Part shown: positions 11,379-21,801 of the stretch, piece by piece | How the letters are laid out: each line of letters starts with the position of its first letter | Position numbering within the stretch: the first letter of the stretch is position 1 | Assembly (NCBI GenBank): GCA_963832165.1 | Contig: CAWHTE010000003.1 | Span: forward strand, 416,001-480,000 | Length of the DNA: 64,000 bases | Source of the DNA: an uncultured delta proteobacterium | GTDB lineage: Bacteria; Myxococcota_A; UBA9160; SMWR01 | Direction: 5' to 3' | The notes under the pieces: model-generated | The model's database searches: none | Told to the model about the DNA's origin: nothing | Seen by the model: the letters and a program-made list of their open reading frames with translations, nothing else | Program-made: the position numbers and the translations under genes

Positions 11379-13109
11379 GTGAAAGCATTGATGCCGCAGT
11401 TCGTGTTGGAATCACGCGCACGCCTTTCGAACGCAATGAACGTCGGACCTGCTCTGGCGGTGCTCCTCTTGCTCGGTGCCTTTCCCGCTCTCGCCGTCAC
11501 CCGATCGGTCACCAACACGGATGACAGCGGCCCCGGTTCGCTGCGCGACACAATGGCGATCGCACAGGACGGCGACATCATCAATTTCGCTGTCCCCCTG
11601 GCGGCCACCATCAGGGTCACCACCCCGCTCACGTTCAGCTCCAGCGTGAACATCAGTGGCCCGGGGAAGGCTCTGCTGCTGATCAGCGGAGAGGACACCG
11701 CCGGCCCGGTGTTCATCATCAACGGCGGAAGTTTCATCGGGATCACGGGGGTCAAGATCCTCCGCGGAGACGGGGTGTTGGGCGGCGGGATCTTCAACGC
11801 CGGCAATCTGACTCTCTCCAGCGCCGAAGTGACCTCCAACCGCGGGCAATTGGGTGGCGGGATCTTCAATGCGGGCAGCCTGACCCTCTTGAACAGCGCC
11901 GTCACCGGGAATGTCGTGCTCCGCGATCACGCCGGCGACGACCTCGACCACGAGAACCGCGCGCGCGGCGGCGGAATCTACAACTTCGGCGGCTCGGGGC
12001 CTGCCAGCGTGTCGCTGATCAACAGCTCCGTGACTGACAACTTCGGTGGCAAGCCGTTCGGACTGGGCAGCCTCGAGCCCGACGGTGATGGAAGCGGCAT
12101 CTACAACGATCAGGGCACCGTCAGCCTGATCGACAGCACCGTGGCGCTGAACGGAACCTCCGTGAACGGACCTAACACGGGCTGGGGCGGCGGCATCTTC
12201 AACGACGGCGCGCTCGTCCTGAACAGGAGCACCGTCTCGAACAACCTCGCCTCCCAGGGAAGCGGCATCTACAACAACAACGGGTCGCTCCTGGCGACGA
12301 ATAGCACGATCGCCGACAACCGCGCGGAATCATTCGGTGGCGGAATCATGGGCGGTTTCCAGCAGGGCACCGCTTCGGGGACGGGCACCTCGACCCTGGT
12401 CAACAGCACGCTCGCAAACAACCTGGCCGTGCTCGATGGCGGAGGGATCTTCGCCAACAGCACCGTCGCATCCGTGACGGTGAAGAATTCCATCGTTGCG
12501 GAGAACACTGCGTTCAACGGCAACGGGCACAACTGCGTGTCCGGGGCGAGCGCGGCATCGCTGGGCCACAACCTGTCCGACGACTCGACCTGCGCGGCGT
12601 TCCTCGCGGGCAATGGAGACCTGAACAACGTTCCTGCCGGGCTCGATGCGTTCCTGAGCAACAACGGCGGGCCGACCCAAACCTACGCATTGACGGAGCA
12701 GAGCCCCGCGGTCGAGGGGGTACCTCTCGCCGACTGCACGGATCTGGACGGCCATCCGCTCCAGATCGACCAGCGGAGTGTTCCGCGGCCCCAGCAGAGC
12801 CTCTGCGACATCGGCGCCTACGAATTCGTCTGTCCCAATTTCGTATTCCAGTGCGTGGGCACGCTCGAGGTCGCCTCCGACGTGGAGACGTTGCGCGTTC
12901 GGAAGGGAACGAAGCGGAGCCTGGTTGCCAAGCTCGAAGCGGCCGTGGCCTCGCTGCACGTGGACGACACCACCCTGGCGATCGATCAGCTGAACGCGTT
13001 CATCAACCATACGGATGCCCTGGTGCGCGGCAACGTGCTGACCGCGGAGGAGGGATCCTCGCTGACCACGCCGACGGAAGAGATCATCCAGAGTCTCAGC
13101 GGCGGGTGA
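11379..13109 (+). CDS. Secreted right-handed beta-helix protein with choice-of-anchor-Q-like region
   Basis: Strong SD (GAGGAG) before GTG; signal peptide; VTNTDDSGPGSLR; repeated GGGIFN/GGGIYN; NNGGPTQTYAL...DQRSVPRPQ...CDIGAYE; helical C-terminal domain. Confidence 0.8.
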   Translation: MKALMPQFVLESRARLSNAMNVGPALAVLLLLGAFPALAVTRSVTNTDDSGPGSLRDTMAIAQDGDIINFAVPLAATIRVTTPLTFSSSVNISGPGKALLLISGEDTAGPVFIINGGSFIGITGVKILRGDGVLGGGIFNAGNLTLSSAEVTSNRGQLGGGIFNAGSLTLLNSAVTGNVVLRDHAGDDLDHENRARGGGIYNFGGSGPASVSLINSSVTDNFGGKPFGLGSLEPDGDGSGIYNDQGTVSLIDSTVALNGTSVNGPNTGWGGGIFNDGALVLNRSTVSNNLASQGSGIYNNNGSLLATNSTIADNRAESFGGGIMGGFQQGTASGTGTSTLVNSTLANNLAVLDGGGIFANSTVASVTVKNSIVAENTAFNGNGHNCVSGASAASLGHNLSDDSTCAAFLAGNGDLNNVPAGLDAFLSNNGGPTQTYALTEQSPAVEGVPLADCTDLDGHPLQIDQRSVPRPQQSLCDIGAYEFVCPNFVFQCVGTLEVASDVETLRVRKGTKRSLVAKLEAAVASLHVDDTTLAIDQLNAFINHTDALVRGNVLTAEEGSSLTTPTEEIIQSLSGG

Positions 13110-13137
13110 AAGACGGCCCATCACCTCGGCGCTCCCT

Positions 13138-14005
13138 TTGCTGCTTCGGGTCTCTCTCGTCGTCGGTGTGAGCGCCGCGCTCGCGAGCGCGGCACCCGCC
13201 CAGACGATCCGGCTGATCGGGGTCACCGGCGACGGCGCCGCCGCGCCGGAGGAGCTCTACGAGCTAAACATGGCGAACGCCTCGGCGACGTTCGTGATGG
13301 CGCTCGGCAACGGCGACGACGGGGAGACGATCGGGTACGACTCGGACGACGAGCTGCTCTACCACGCGTCGGGCACCACCAACAATCAGCGCATCTGGGA
13401 GAGCATCGACGTCGATGCCGAAGTGATCGTGGCGACGGGGGAGTTCACCGGCCCCACCGTCGCGAGCGAGAACACCGCGATGGTGTACAACCCCGCGACG
13501 GGGCGATTCCTCACCTGCGATCTCGACAACCTGTTCTTCGACGTCACGCTGGCGGGCGCAGCCGCCCAGATCGGGAACGTGCCGGTCAATCTGAAAGGCC
13601 TCGCGTTCAAGGGGGGCGTGCTCTACGGCGCCGCGGTCGGCGCGAGCACGCTCTACCGGCTGGACCCCGCCAACGGCGCGATGATCTCGAGCGTCGCGGT
13701 CACGATGCTAGGGAATCCGGTGACCGGCATGAACGGCCTCGCCACCCACCCGATCACCGGCGCGCTGTGGGCGATCCTGCGCCAGAGCGGTCTGCGGCAC
13801 CTCGGAACGTTGAACCCGACGACCGGCGTCGCGACGTCGGTCGGTGTGCTGCCCGACAACTTCGCGGGGATCGCGTTCGTCCCCGAGCCATCGTCGACGG
13901 CGCTCTTCGGCGCGGGAGTCGTCGCGATCGCGCTGTGCGCGATGCGCCGCAACCGCCCGCCCGCGCAACGATGCGCTGGCGGTGGGGTCACCCGAGGGCG
14001 ACTAG
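13138..14005 (+). CDS. PEP-CTERM surface protein (beta-propeller-like); stop codon out of frame by one base in this sequence
   Basis: Signal peptide ending APAQ; repeated GLA / LY-LDP-TG motifs; C-terminal VPEPSSTALFGAGVVAIALCAMRR. Nearest stop TAG at 14003-14005 is in the +1 frame. Confidence 0.7.
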
Positions 14006-15711
14006 AACAACGAGCCCTCGGTCGTGCCGAGCATCGCCTCGCGCACCATGGGCACGGGCGGCCCTCCGTACGCAAGGAAGCGATCGTGGAACTCGCGCCA
14101 CGCTCGTCGCCCGCCGCGAGTCGCGGTCCAGTCGGCGCGCAGCTTGCGGATCATGAGCTTGCCCATGGTGTAGTTGAGGTAGGCGGGATCGTAGGTGCCG
14201 CGCGCCGCCTGCTGGCGTGCGCTGCCGACGTCCTGATACGCCTCCTCGAGGAACAACCGCTCCGACTCGGCAACGCTCATGCCGCGCGTGTGCAGCCCGA
14301 TGGCCGAGACGTATCGCGCGTTGCGCAGCAGTGCGTTGGAGAGCTGCCCGATGTGTGTCCGCGGATCTCCGTTTCCGAGCCCCATCTCCCACATCATCTC
14401 CTCGGCGTAGTGCGCCCAGCCCTCGGCGAACGCATAGCCGACGAACAGCCGGCCGAGCATCGAGTCCGAACGGTTCGCATGCAGAAAATTGAGGAAGTGG
14501 CCCGGCCACACCTCGTGCACCGATGTGAACATCAGGTCTGCCTTGCCCGGCAGGTAGTCGCGCTGGACTTCCTTCGACCACGATGGATCGGGCGGCGAGA
14601 TGTAGTAGACCGACGGCAGATCCTTCTCGTACGGACCCGGGATGTCGATGTAGGCGAAGTTGGCGCGGTTGTACGGCGGCGCTTCGGCGACGAGTGCGAC
14701 CTGGTCGCTCGGGATGCTCACGACCTGCTCGTCGAGGATGAACTGCTTGAGCCCGGCGAGCTGCTCACGCGCGCCCTGCACCGGCCCGCCGCTCGGCTTG
14801 TCCTCACGCGATCTCGCGATGCACGCCGGAATGCTCGCGTCCGGGGCAAAGCGCGCACACGCGCCCTCGAGCGCTGCCTGGTTGCGCTCGAGGTCGGCGC
14901 GACCGACCGCTTCCAGCTCCGCGAGGGGCGTGTCGACGTGCTCGGTCACGCGCAGCATCTGCGCGAACTTGTCCGCACCGAGCGCGTAGTCCTGGGTCGC
15001 GTTCGGGAGCTCGCGCTCGAGCCACGTTTGCAGCTCGCGCATCGCCGCGGTGGCGGCGCGATTCGCCTCCGCCAGCTCCTGTTGCAGCGCTGCGTCCGTC
15101 ACCGGCGCGAACGCCCTGGGCAGGTCGTTCTCGTAGAAATCGGCGAAGCCGCCGAGCATCGAGATGCCGCGCTTCACGTAGGTCTCCGGCAGCGGCAGGT
15201 ACAGGTTCGCGCGAATCTGCGCGGCGGCGGTGGGAATCGAGCGCGCGTAGCCGATGTAGGCGCGCATGCGCTGCTCGAGCGGCGCGTACTCGCGCGTGAG
15301 ATACGGGCTCGGGTCGAGGCCGCCGAGATAGAACGTGGGATTGCGGAACGGCGCCTCGGCCGTTTCCAGCCAGAACAGATCGCGATCGATGCGCGACACC
15401 AGGTAGTCGCGCTCGAAACGCTCGGCATCGCCGAGATCCGCGAGCGCCATCGCGCGCTCGCGCGCGTCGTGCAGGCGACGGATCTCCGTCGCGATGCCCC
15501 CGGTGCTCCAGTCGGGCAGCTTGCCGTCGAACTCGTGGCGTCCGGCGTTCACGGCCATCGCCGGATCCGCGTTCAGGTAGTCCTCGATGATGCCGTCGCG
15601 AAGACTCGTCCAGCCCGAGTCGCGGGTGGGCGAGGGCTCGTCCTTCTTCCCGCAGCTCGCAAGCGACAGGACCGCGAGGCCCAGCACTGCCGCGGCGATC
15701 GCAATACGCAC
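14002..15711 (-). CDS. DUF885 family lipoprotein (putative metallopeptidase)
   Basis: Lipobox LASC; HEVWPGHFL, FAEGWAHYAE and YLNYTMGKL motifs. Confidence 0.85.
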   Translation of the reverse strand: MRIAIAAAVLGLAVLSLASCGKKDEPSPTRDSGWTSLRDGIIEDYLNADPAMAVNAGRHEFDGKLPDWSTGGIATEIRRLHDARERAMALADLGDAERFERDYLVSRIDRDLFWLETAEAPFRNPTFYLGGLDPSPYLTREYAPLEQRMRAYIGYARSIPTAAAQIRANLYLPLPETYVKRGISMLGGFADFYENDLPRAFAPVTDAALQQELAEANRAATAAMRELQTWLERELPNATQDYALGADKFAQMLRVTEHVDTPLAELEAVGRADLERNQAALEGACARFAPDASIPACIARSREDKPSGGPVQGAREQLAGLKQFILDEQVVSIPSDQVALVAEAPPYNRANFAYIDIPGPYEKDLPSVYYISPPDPSWSKEVQRDYLPGKADLMFTSVHEVWPGHFLNFLHANRSDSMLGRLFVGYAFAEGWAHYAEEMMWEMGLGNGDPRTHIGQLSNALLRNARYVSAIGLHTRGMSVAESERLFLEEAYQDVGSARQQAARGTYDPAYLNYTMGKLMIRKLRADWTATRGGRRAWREFHDRFLAYGGPPVPMVREAMLGTTEGSLF

Positions 15712-15733
15712 AGGGATGCGCTCGCTCCGTGGC

Positions 15734-17341
15734 CTACGACTTCCGAACGAGCGTGTCGGTGCGGAAGGCGTCGTCGTGAACGGGGTGATCGACGTTGTAG
15801 TGCAGGCCGCGGCTCTCGAGCCGGCGCTGCGCGCACTCGATCACGAGCTGGCCCACCGTGGCGAGATTGCGCAGCTCTACCAGATCGGGCGTGACGCGCG
15901 AGTTCCAGTAGTAGTCGGTGATCTCGCTCTGGAGCAGGCCGATGCGGCGCTGCGCGCGCGCGAGGCGCCGGTCGCTGCGCACGATCCCGACGTAGTTCCA
16001 CATGAAGCGGCGGATCTCGTCCCAGTTCTGCGTGATCACGACCGCTTCGTCACTCTCGGTGGCGTCGCCCTCCTCCCACCGCGGCGCATCGCGCTCGTCG
16101 GGCGCCTGATCGCGCAGCCGCGCGCGTGTGGCCTGGGCCGCGGCATCGGCGAAGACGAGCGCCTCGAGCAGCGAGTTCGAGGCGAGGCGGTTTGCGCCGT
16201 GCAGTCCCGTACACGCGACCTCGCCCGCCGCGAACAGGTTCGCCACGTCGGTCTCGCCCGTGAGGTCCGTGGCGACGCCGCCGCAGCAGTAGTGCGCCGC
16301 CGGCACGACCGGGATCGGCTCGCGTGTGAGGTCGATACCGAACTCGAGGCAGCGCCGGTAGATGTTCGGGAACCGCTCGCGCAGGTAGCTCGCCTCGCGA
16401 TGCGTGATGTCGAGCAGCACCCAGTGATCGCCCGTGCGCTTGAGCGCGGAGTCGATCGCGCGCGCGACGATGTCGCGCGGCGCCAGGTCGGCCAGCTCGT
16501 GCAGGTCCTGCATGATCGGGGTGCCGTCCTGCGTGCGCAGGATCCCGCCCTCGCCGCGCACCGCCTCGGTGATCAGGAACGACTTCGCCTGCGGGTGGTA
16601 GAGGCAGGTGGGGTGGAACTGGACGAACTCCATGTTCGCGAGCGTGGCGCCCGCGCGATAGGCCATCGCCATCCCGTCGCCCGACGCGATGTCGGGATTG
16701 CTCGTGTACAGATAGACCTTGCCCGCACCGCCCGTGGCCAAGAGCGTCACGCGCGCCTGGAACGGCACGACGTTGCCCTCCGCGTCGAGCACGTAGGCGC
16801 CGATCGCGCGCGGTGTCGACTCCCAGCCGAGCTTGTTCGTGGTGAGCAGGTCGACGCCGCAGTGGTCCTCGAATAGCGCGATGTTGGGGTGCGCGCGCGC
16901 GCGCGATAGCAGCACGCGCTCGATCTCGCGCCCGGTCGCATCGCGGTGGTGGAGGATGCGCCGGTGCGAGTGGCCGCCCTCGCGGCCGAGATCGAAGGTC
17001 GACTTGCCTTGCGTGGGGGCGTCACTCGTGATGTCGAAGTCGGCGCCGAGCTTGAGCAGCGCATCGATCATCGCGGGGCCGCGCTCGATCACGCGCTGGA
17101 CCACCTCGGGCCGGCACAGGCCGTCGCCCGCGACCAGCGTGTCGCGCACGTGCGACTCGAACGAGTCGTCGCCGTCCTGGACCGCGGCGATCCCGCCCTG
17201 GGCCCAGTTCGTGGCCGAGTCGGCCGCCCGCTTCTTGGTGACGATGGCGACCGAGCCGAACTCGGCCACGCGCAGCGCGTAGAACAGACCCGCAATTCCG
17301 CTTCCGAGTACCAGGACGTCGCAGCGGAAAGGCTTTTGCAA
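15734..17341 (-). CDS. nadB: L-aspartate oxidase
   Basis: [67 protein letters not shown] and ESRGLH. Confidence 0.96.
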   Translation of the reverse strand: MQKPFRCDVLVLGSGIAGLFYALRVAEFGSVAIVTKKRAADSATNWAQGGIAAVQDGDDSFESHVRDTLVAGDGLCRPEVVQRVIERGPAMIDALLKLGADFDITSDAPTQGKSTFDLGREGGHSHRRILHHRDATGREIERVLLSRARAHPNIALFEDHCGVDLLTTNKLGWESTPRAIGAYVLDAEGNVVPFQARVTLLATGGAGKVYLYTSNPDIASGDGMAMAYRAGATLANMEFVQFHPTCLYHPQAKSFLITEAVRGEGGILRTQDGTPIMQDLHELADLAPRDIVARAIDSALKRTGDHWVLLDITHREASYLRERFPNIYRRCLEFGIDLTREPIPVVPAAHYCCGGVATDLTGETDVANLFAAGEVACTGLHGANRLASNSLLEALVFADAAAQATRARLRDQAPDERDAPRWEEGDATESDEAVVITQNWDEIRRFMWNYVGIVRSDRRLARAQRRIGLLQSEITDYYWNSRVTPDLVELRNLATVGQLVIECAQRRLESRGLHYNVDHPVHDDAFRTDTLVRKS

Positions 17342-17402
17342 CGAGGGGGACCGCCGAGGTCCGGGGCTAAGGGGCCCGCGGGAAGGCGCCGATACGCGCC
17401 GG

Positions 17403-18056
17403 GTGATCGTACCCCCGCATTCTATCCGCGCGTGGCAGCCGCGGGCAATCCCCCGAGGGGCGTCTCTGCGGGTCTGGGCCGCGGTGTTGGCTCTGGTCGC
17501 GACGGCCGCGCCCGCGTGGGCGGGCGGCGCGATCTACGCGTTCGTGGACGAGCGCGGCGTCACGCATTTCACGAACCGCCCCGCGCGGGACAAGCGCTTC
17601 AAGGCGATCAAGCTGCGCGACAACCTCTCCGCGCCCGTGCCGAAGTACCGCACGCCGCGGACCACCGCCTACGACCCGCTGATCGGCGAAGCCGCGGCGA
17701 GCGAGGGCGTGCCGCCCGCGCTCGTGAAGGCCGTGATCGCGGCGGAGTCCGCGTTCGATTCGGACGCGGTGTCGCGCAAGGGCGCGCAGGGCCTCATGCA
17801 GCTGATGCCCGACACGGCGCAGCTCGTGGGCGTCGACGACCCGTTCGAGCCCGCCCAGAACGTGCGCGGCGGCACCACCTACCTGCGCTCGATGATCGAC
17901 CGTTATGGCGATCTCAGCCGTGCGCTCGCCGCGTACAACGCGGGCCCTAGCGCGGTCGATCGCTATGGCGGCATCCCGCCGTTCCGCGAGACGCGGGATT
18001 ACGTGGACCGCGTTCTGACGTACTATCGCCGCTACCATGGCGATTTCGCGCGGTAG
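17403..18056 (+). CDS. Lytic transglycosylase (SLT domain) with N-terminal DUF4124-like region
   Basis: [26 protein letters not shown] and ETRDYV; start uncertain. Confidence 0.9.
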   Translation: MIVPPHSIRAWQPRAIPRGASLRVWAAVLALVATAAPAWAGGAIYAFVDERGVTHFTNRPARDKRFKAIKLRDNLSAPVPKYRTPRTTAYDPLIGEAAASEGVPPALVKAVIAAESAFDSDAVSRKGAQGLMQLMPDTAQLVGVDDPFEPAQNVRGGTTYLRSMIDRYGDLSRALAAYNAGPSAVDRYGGIPPFRETRDYVDRVLTYYRRYHGDFAR

Positions 18057-18822
18057 CGACGGCACAGCCCCGATCGAGCCGCTCGCCGCTGCGACCCCTC
18101 AAGACACTCCGGCTCCGACGCTCTCGCGCCACGCGCTGCGGTCGTCGGCCGAGGTCGAGCGCGAGCCCGAGCCGGCACCAGCGCTCTCTGCGCCGGAGCT
18201 CGCGCCGCCGCGGCCCGCCGCGAGCGCGACGGCGCACGGCGCACCGACCCACTCCGCCGAAACGTTCTGGAACCTGCCCAACACGATCACCGCGCTGCGC
18301 GCGGCGGTAGTCCCGGTGCTGCTGTTCTTCCCGTTTTTCTCGGGCGAGACGGGCAGCGCCGTGATGGCGTGGATCTTCATCGTCGCCGCGGTGTCCGACC
18401 TCGTGGACGGCTGGCTCGCGCGCCGCGGCAAGCAGGTGACCCACATCGGCGTGCTGCTCGATCCGCTCGCGGACAAGCTCGTGGTCTCGACCGCGCTGAT
18501 CGTGCTGCTCGCGATGGGCCGGCTCACGACGTTCTGGGGCACCGTGATGGTGGTGACGATCGTGGGCCGCGAGCTCGCCGTGACCGGGCTGCGCGGAATC
18601 GCCTCGGCGGGCGGTCAGATCGTCGGGGCGTCGTCGCTCGGCAAGCTCAAGACCGTCACGCAGAACATCGCGGTCGGCGCGTTGTTGTTCCACTACACGA
18701 CGCTCGGGCTCCCCGCGCACACGGTAGGGATGATCTTCCTGGTCATCGCAACCGCCCTCACGGCCGCTTCAGGTTATCGGTATTTCGCCGATTACTTCCG
18801 CGGGCTCGCACGCGCGGGCTGA
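18037..18822 (+). CDS. pgsA: CDP-diacylglycerol--glycerol-3-phosphate 3-phosphatidyltransferase
   Basis: [19 protein letters not shown]...[19 protein letters not shown] and GKLKT; long Pro/Ala-rich N-terminus, so start uncertain. Confidence 0.9.
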   Translation: MAISRGSDGTAPIEPLAAATPQDTPAPTLSRHALRSSAEVEREPEPAPALSAPELAPPRPAASATAHGAPTHSAETFWNLPNTITALRAAVVPVLLFFPFFSGETGSAVMAWIFIVAAVSDLVDGWLARRGKQVTHIGVLLDPLADKLVVSTALIVLLAMGRLTTFWGTVMVVTIVGRELAVTGLRGIASAGGQIVGASSLGKLKTVTQNIAVGALLFHYTTLGLPAHTVGMIFLVIATALTAASGYRYFADYFRGLARAG

Positions 18823-18831
18823 GGGGGCGCC

Positions 18832-20145
18832 ATGGATCGCCTGCGAGAGCTCGGGGATCGGATCACCGCGCGCAATGTGCACGTGGGGGTGATCGGCCTC
18901 GGCTACGTCGGCCTGCCGCTCGCGCTCGAATTCGCCAAGCGCGGATTCCACGTCACGGGATTCGACGTCAACCGCGCCAAGATCGAGTCGCTCCAGCGGG
19001 GCGAGTCCTACATCGAAGACGTGGCCGCGTCCGAAGTCGCAGCGGCCTTGAAGCAGGGCAGCTTCTCCGCCACGGCCGATTCCGGCGAGCTGTCGCGCTG
19101 CGACGTGATCAACGTCTGCGTTCCGACGCCGCTCACGCGCAGCAAGGATCCCGACGTCTCGCACATGGCGAGCGCGATGGAGGAGATCCGCAAGCGCCTG
19201 CGCAGCGGTCAGCTCATCGTGCTCGGCAGCACCACCTATCCCGGGACCACGCACGAGCTGTTCGTGCCGCTGCTCGAGAGCACGGGCCTGCGCGTGGGCC
19301 ACGACTTCGCGCTCGCGTTCGCGCCGGAGCGCATCGACCCCGCCAACCGCCAGTTCAAGGTGCGCGAGGTGCCGAAGGTGGTCGGCGGCGAGACCCCGCT
19401 GTGCTGCGAGCTCGCGAAGCGCCTGTTCGAGACGATCTTCGACAGCGTCGTGCCGGTGTCCTCGACCCAGAGCGCCGAGATGGTGAAGCTGCTCGAGAAC
19501 ACCTTCCGCGCGATCAACATCGGCCTCGTGAACGAAGTGGCGATGATGTGCGACCGCCTCGGCCTCGACGTCTGGGAGGTGATCGAGGCCGCCGCGACCA
19601 AGCCCTACGGCTACATGAAGTTCCTGCCCGGCCCGGGCCTGGGGGGTCACTGCATTCCCGTCGACCCCACCTACCTCTCCTGGAAGATGAAGTCGTTGAA
19701 CTTCCCGGCGCGCTTCATCGACCTCGCCACCGAGATCAACGGCCAGATGCCCGAGCACGTGGCCGAGCGCGTGGGCGATCTGCTCAACGAGGATCGCATC
19801 GCCGTGAACGGCTCGCGGATCCTGATCCTGGGCGCCGCGTACAAGGCAAACGTTTCCGATGTGCGCGAGTCGCCCTCGCTCGACGTGATGAAGCTCCTGC
19901 GCGCCAAGGGCGCCGAGATCTCGTATCACGATCCCCACGTCGCGGAGCTCGAGCTCGAGGGCCGGATGTTCAAGAGCGAGGACCTCACCGACGAGCTGAT
20001 CGAGAGCCAGGACCTCGTCGTGATCGTGACCGATCACGCCGCGGTCGACACCGCGCACGTCGTCGCGCACGCACAGCGGGTGTTCGATACCCGCAACGCG
20101 ACGCGCGGGATCCGGGAGGGGCGCGAGAAGATCCGGCGTCTCTGA
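18832..20145 (+). CDS. Nucleotide-sugar dehydrogenase (UDP-N-acetylhexosamine 6-dehydrogenase family)
   Basis: GLGYVGLPLA, CVPTP, STTYPGTT, PERIDP, KLLENTFR, PGPGLGGHCIPVDP and DVRESP. Confidence 0.92.
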   Translation: MDRLRELGDRITARNVHVGVIGLGYVGLPLALEFAKRGFHVTGFDVNRAKIESLQRGESYIEDVAASEVAAALKQGSFSATADSGELSRCDVINVCVPTPLTRSKDPDVSHMASAMEEIRKRLRSGQLIVLGSTTYPGTTHELFVPLLESTGLRVGHDFALAFAPERIDPANRQFKVREVPKVVGGETPLCCELAKRLFETIFDSVVPVSSTQSAEMVKLLENTFRAINIGLVNEVAMMCDRLGLDVWEVIEAAATKPYGYMKFLPGPGLGGHCIPVDPTYLSWKMKSLNFPARFIDLATEINGQMPEHVAERVGDLLNEDRIAVNGSRILILGAAYKANVSDVRESPSLDVMKLLRAKGAEISYHDPHVAELELEGRMFKSEDLTDELIESQDLVVIVTDHAAVDTAHVVAHAQRVFDTRNATRGIREGREKIRRL

Positions 20146-20160
20146 CCCGCGCGGCCGCCC

Positions 20161-20188
20161 TTGACGCGGCGGGCCAGCCGGTCATATT
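20161..20188 (+). promoter_or_regulatory. Putative sigma70 promoter for tRNA-Gly
   Basis: TTGACG-N16-CATATT, 21 nt upstream of the tRNA. Confidence 0.55.
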
Positions 20189-20209
20189 CCGAAGCCACGT
20201 TTTTTTCGA

Positions 20210-20285
20210 GCACGAGTAGCTCAGCTGGTAGAGCGCCACGTTGCCAACGTGGGGGTCGCGGGTTCGAGTCCCGTCTCGTGCTCCA
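20210..20285 (+). tRNA. tRNA-Gly (GCC)
   Basis: Full cloverleaf: GCACGAG/CTCGTGC acceptor stem, GCTC/GAGC D-stem, CCACG-TTGCCAA-CGTGG anticodon arm, GCGGG-TTCGAGT-CCCGT T-arm, U73 and encoded CCA; 76 nt. Confidence 0.97.
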
Positions 20286-20293
20286 GGTCTTCC

Positions 20294-20332
20294 AAACGCC
20301 TTCGATCGAATCCGGTCGAAGGCGTTTTGTTT
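20294..20332 (+). terminator. Intrinsic terminator after tRNA-Gly (possibly bidirectional)
   Basis: AAACGCCTTCGATCG-AATC-CGGTCGAAGGCGTTT followed by TGTTT. Confidence 0.8.
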
Positions 20333-20354
20333 GTGCGCCCCTTTCGGGCCGCGG

Positions 20355-21182
20355 TTAGGCGCCGCTCGTCTGGGCGACGCCCGCGATCATCTCGCGCATC
20401 GCCTCGGGGCTGGCCGCCTTGACCGCTTCGAGGTCGCGGAGCTCCGCCGGGACATACCAGTGGATCCTGGACGGATCGTGATAGGCCGACCAGACGACCT
20501 CGGCTACGTCGCGCGCGGCGATCAATCGGAACGGCCCTTCGGCGGGTGCGCGGTCGCGGGCGAGGATGCCCTCCTCAGACGATCCCGAGTGGTTCGGCGT
20601 GCTGTCGAGCAGCGGCGTGTCGATCAGACCCGGCAATACATCCGCCACTCGGACCCCGTGGCGCGCGAATTCGATGCTGAGCGCTTCGGTGAGTCCCTTC
20701 ACCGCGAACTTCGTCGCGGAGTACACCGCGAGGCGCGGCACGCCGAAGATCGCCGAGGACGAGGCCGTGTTGAAGCAGAGCGAGTTCGGAGTAGCGCGCA
20801 GCAAGGGGAACGCGGCGTACGCGCCGTTCACGACGCCGATGAAGTTCACCTCGATGATGCGTCGCGCGGCCTGCTGCGGAACGTCCTCGAAGAAGCCGGA
20901 GTGGGCGATTCCGGCGTTGTTGTGGAAGAGGTCGAGGCGTCCGCCCGTGGCGCGGCCGAACGACTGCAAGGCGGCCGCGAACGAAGCCGGATCCGTCACG
21001 TCGAGGGGACCCGTCACGCCGCCCGCCGGCGCGATCTCCCTCGCGAGCGTCTCGAGGCCGCGCGGGTCGATGTCGTATCCGCCGACGCGCCAGCCTCGCT
21101 CCGCAAAGAGCAGTGCGGCGGCGCGGCCGATCCCGCTCGCCGCGCCGCTGATGAAGATCGATCGGGGTTCTCCGTGGGTCAT
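20355..21182 (-). CDS. Short-chain dehydrogenase/reductase
   Basis: SGAASGIG, NNAGI and YSATKFAVKGLTEALSIE. Confidence 0.9.
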   Translation of the reverse strand: MTHGEPRSIFISGAASGIGRAAALLFAERGWRVGGYDIDPRGLETLAREIAPAGGVTGPLDVTDPASFAAALQSFGRATGGRLDLFHNNAGIAHSGFFEDVPQQAARRIIEVNFIGVVNGAYAAFPLLRATPNSLCFNTASSSAIFGVPRLAVYSATKFAVKGLTEALSIEFARHGVRVADVLPGLIDTPLLDSTPNHSGSSEEGILARDRAPAEGPFRLIAARDVAEVVWSAYHDPSRIHWYVPAELRDLEAVKAASPEAMREMIAGVAQTSGA

Positions 21183-21237
21183 GGCGGACGTGTAGCAGGG
21201 CCTCGCGGAGGGGGCTCGACGATCTACTCTGCGCTCG

Positions 21238-21801
21238 GTGCTGAAGATCCACCCGCGCATCACCACCGAACGCCTCCGGTTGCGCCCGTTCGTGGCCGAC
21301 GACGCGGTGGAGCTCGCGAACCTCGCCAGCTCGGCGCAGATCGCCGACACGATGCTCGAATGGCCACACCCGTTCTCGCCGGCCAACGCGCGCTCGACGA
21401 TCGCGGCGCAGGCCGCGCTCTACCAGGCGGGGCGCGCGGTCCATCTGGCGATCGAGCGCCGGCTCCCGTCCGACCTGATCGGCGGAGTCGAGCTCGGCGG
21501 GCTCGACAACCCGCACCGCTGCGCGGAGCTGCGCCTCTGGATCGCCGACAAGGAGTGGGGAAAGGGGTTCGCCACCGAGGCGGCCCTCGCCGTGCTGCGC
21601 TTCGGCTTCCGCGAGCTCGCGCTCCATCGCATCGATGCGATGCACCTCGTGCGCAGCGAGGCCGCTGCCGCTGTGCTGCGCAAGGTCGGCATGCGGCAGG
21701 AAGGGGTGCTGCGCGAGCGCGTGCGCAAGGTGGGGCGCTTCGAGGACGTCGCGCTGTGTGCGGTGCTCGCGGATGAGTTCGTGTCGGATCCCAGCTCGTG
21801 A
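21238..21801 (+). CDS. GNAT acetyltransferase, RimJ/RimL family
   Basis: ITTERLRLRPF, WGKGFATEA, LHRIDA and KVGMRQEG. Confidence 0.85.
   Translation: MLKIHPRITTERLRLRPFVADDAVELANLASSAQIADTMLEWPHPFSPANARSTIAAQAALYQAGRAVHLAIERRLPSDLIGGVELGGLDNPHRCAELRLWIADKEWGKGFATEAALAVLRFGFRELALHRIDAMHLVRSEAAAAVLRKVGMRQEGVLRERVRKVGRFEDVALCAVLADEFVSDPSS

Noticed and set aside
13138..15894. 918-aa ORF extending the PEP-CTERM protein antisense across the whole DUF885 gene
   Set aside because: Sequence after the PEP-CTERM tail is shadow-frame text. Removing one base gives a TAG at 14003-14005 overlapping the DUF885 stop (CTAG), consistent with the insertion errors elsewhere.
20210..21200. Genomic island integrated at tRNA-Gly
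   Set aside because: No integrase, and I found no duplicated tRNA 3' end in the window.
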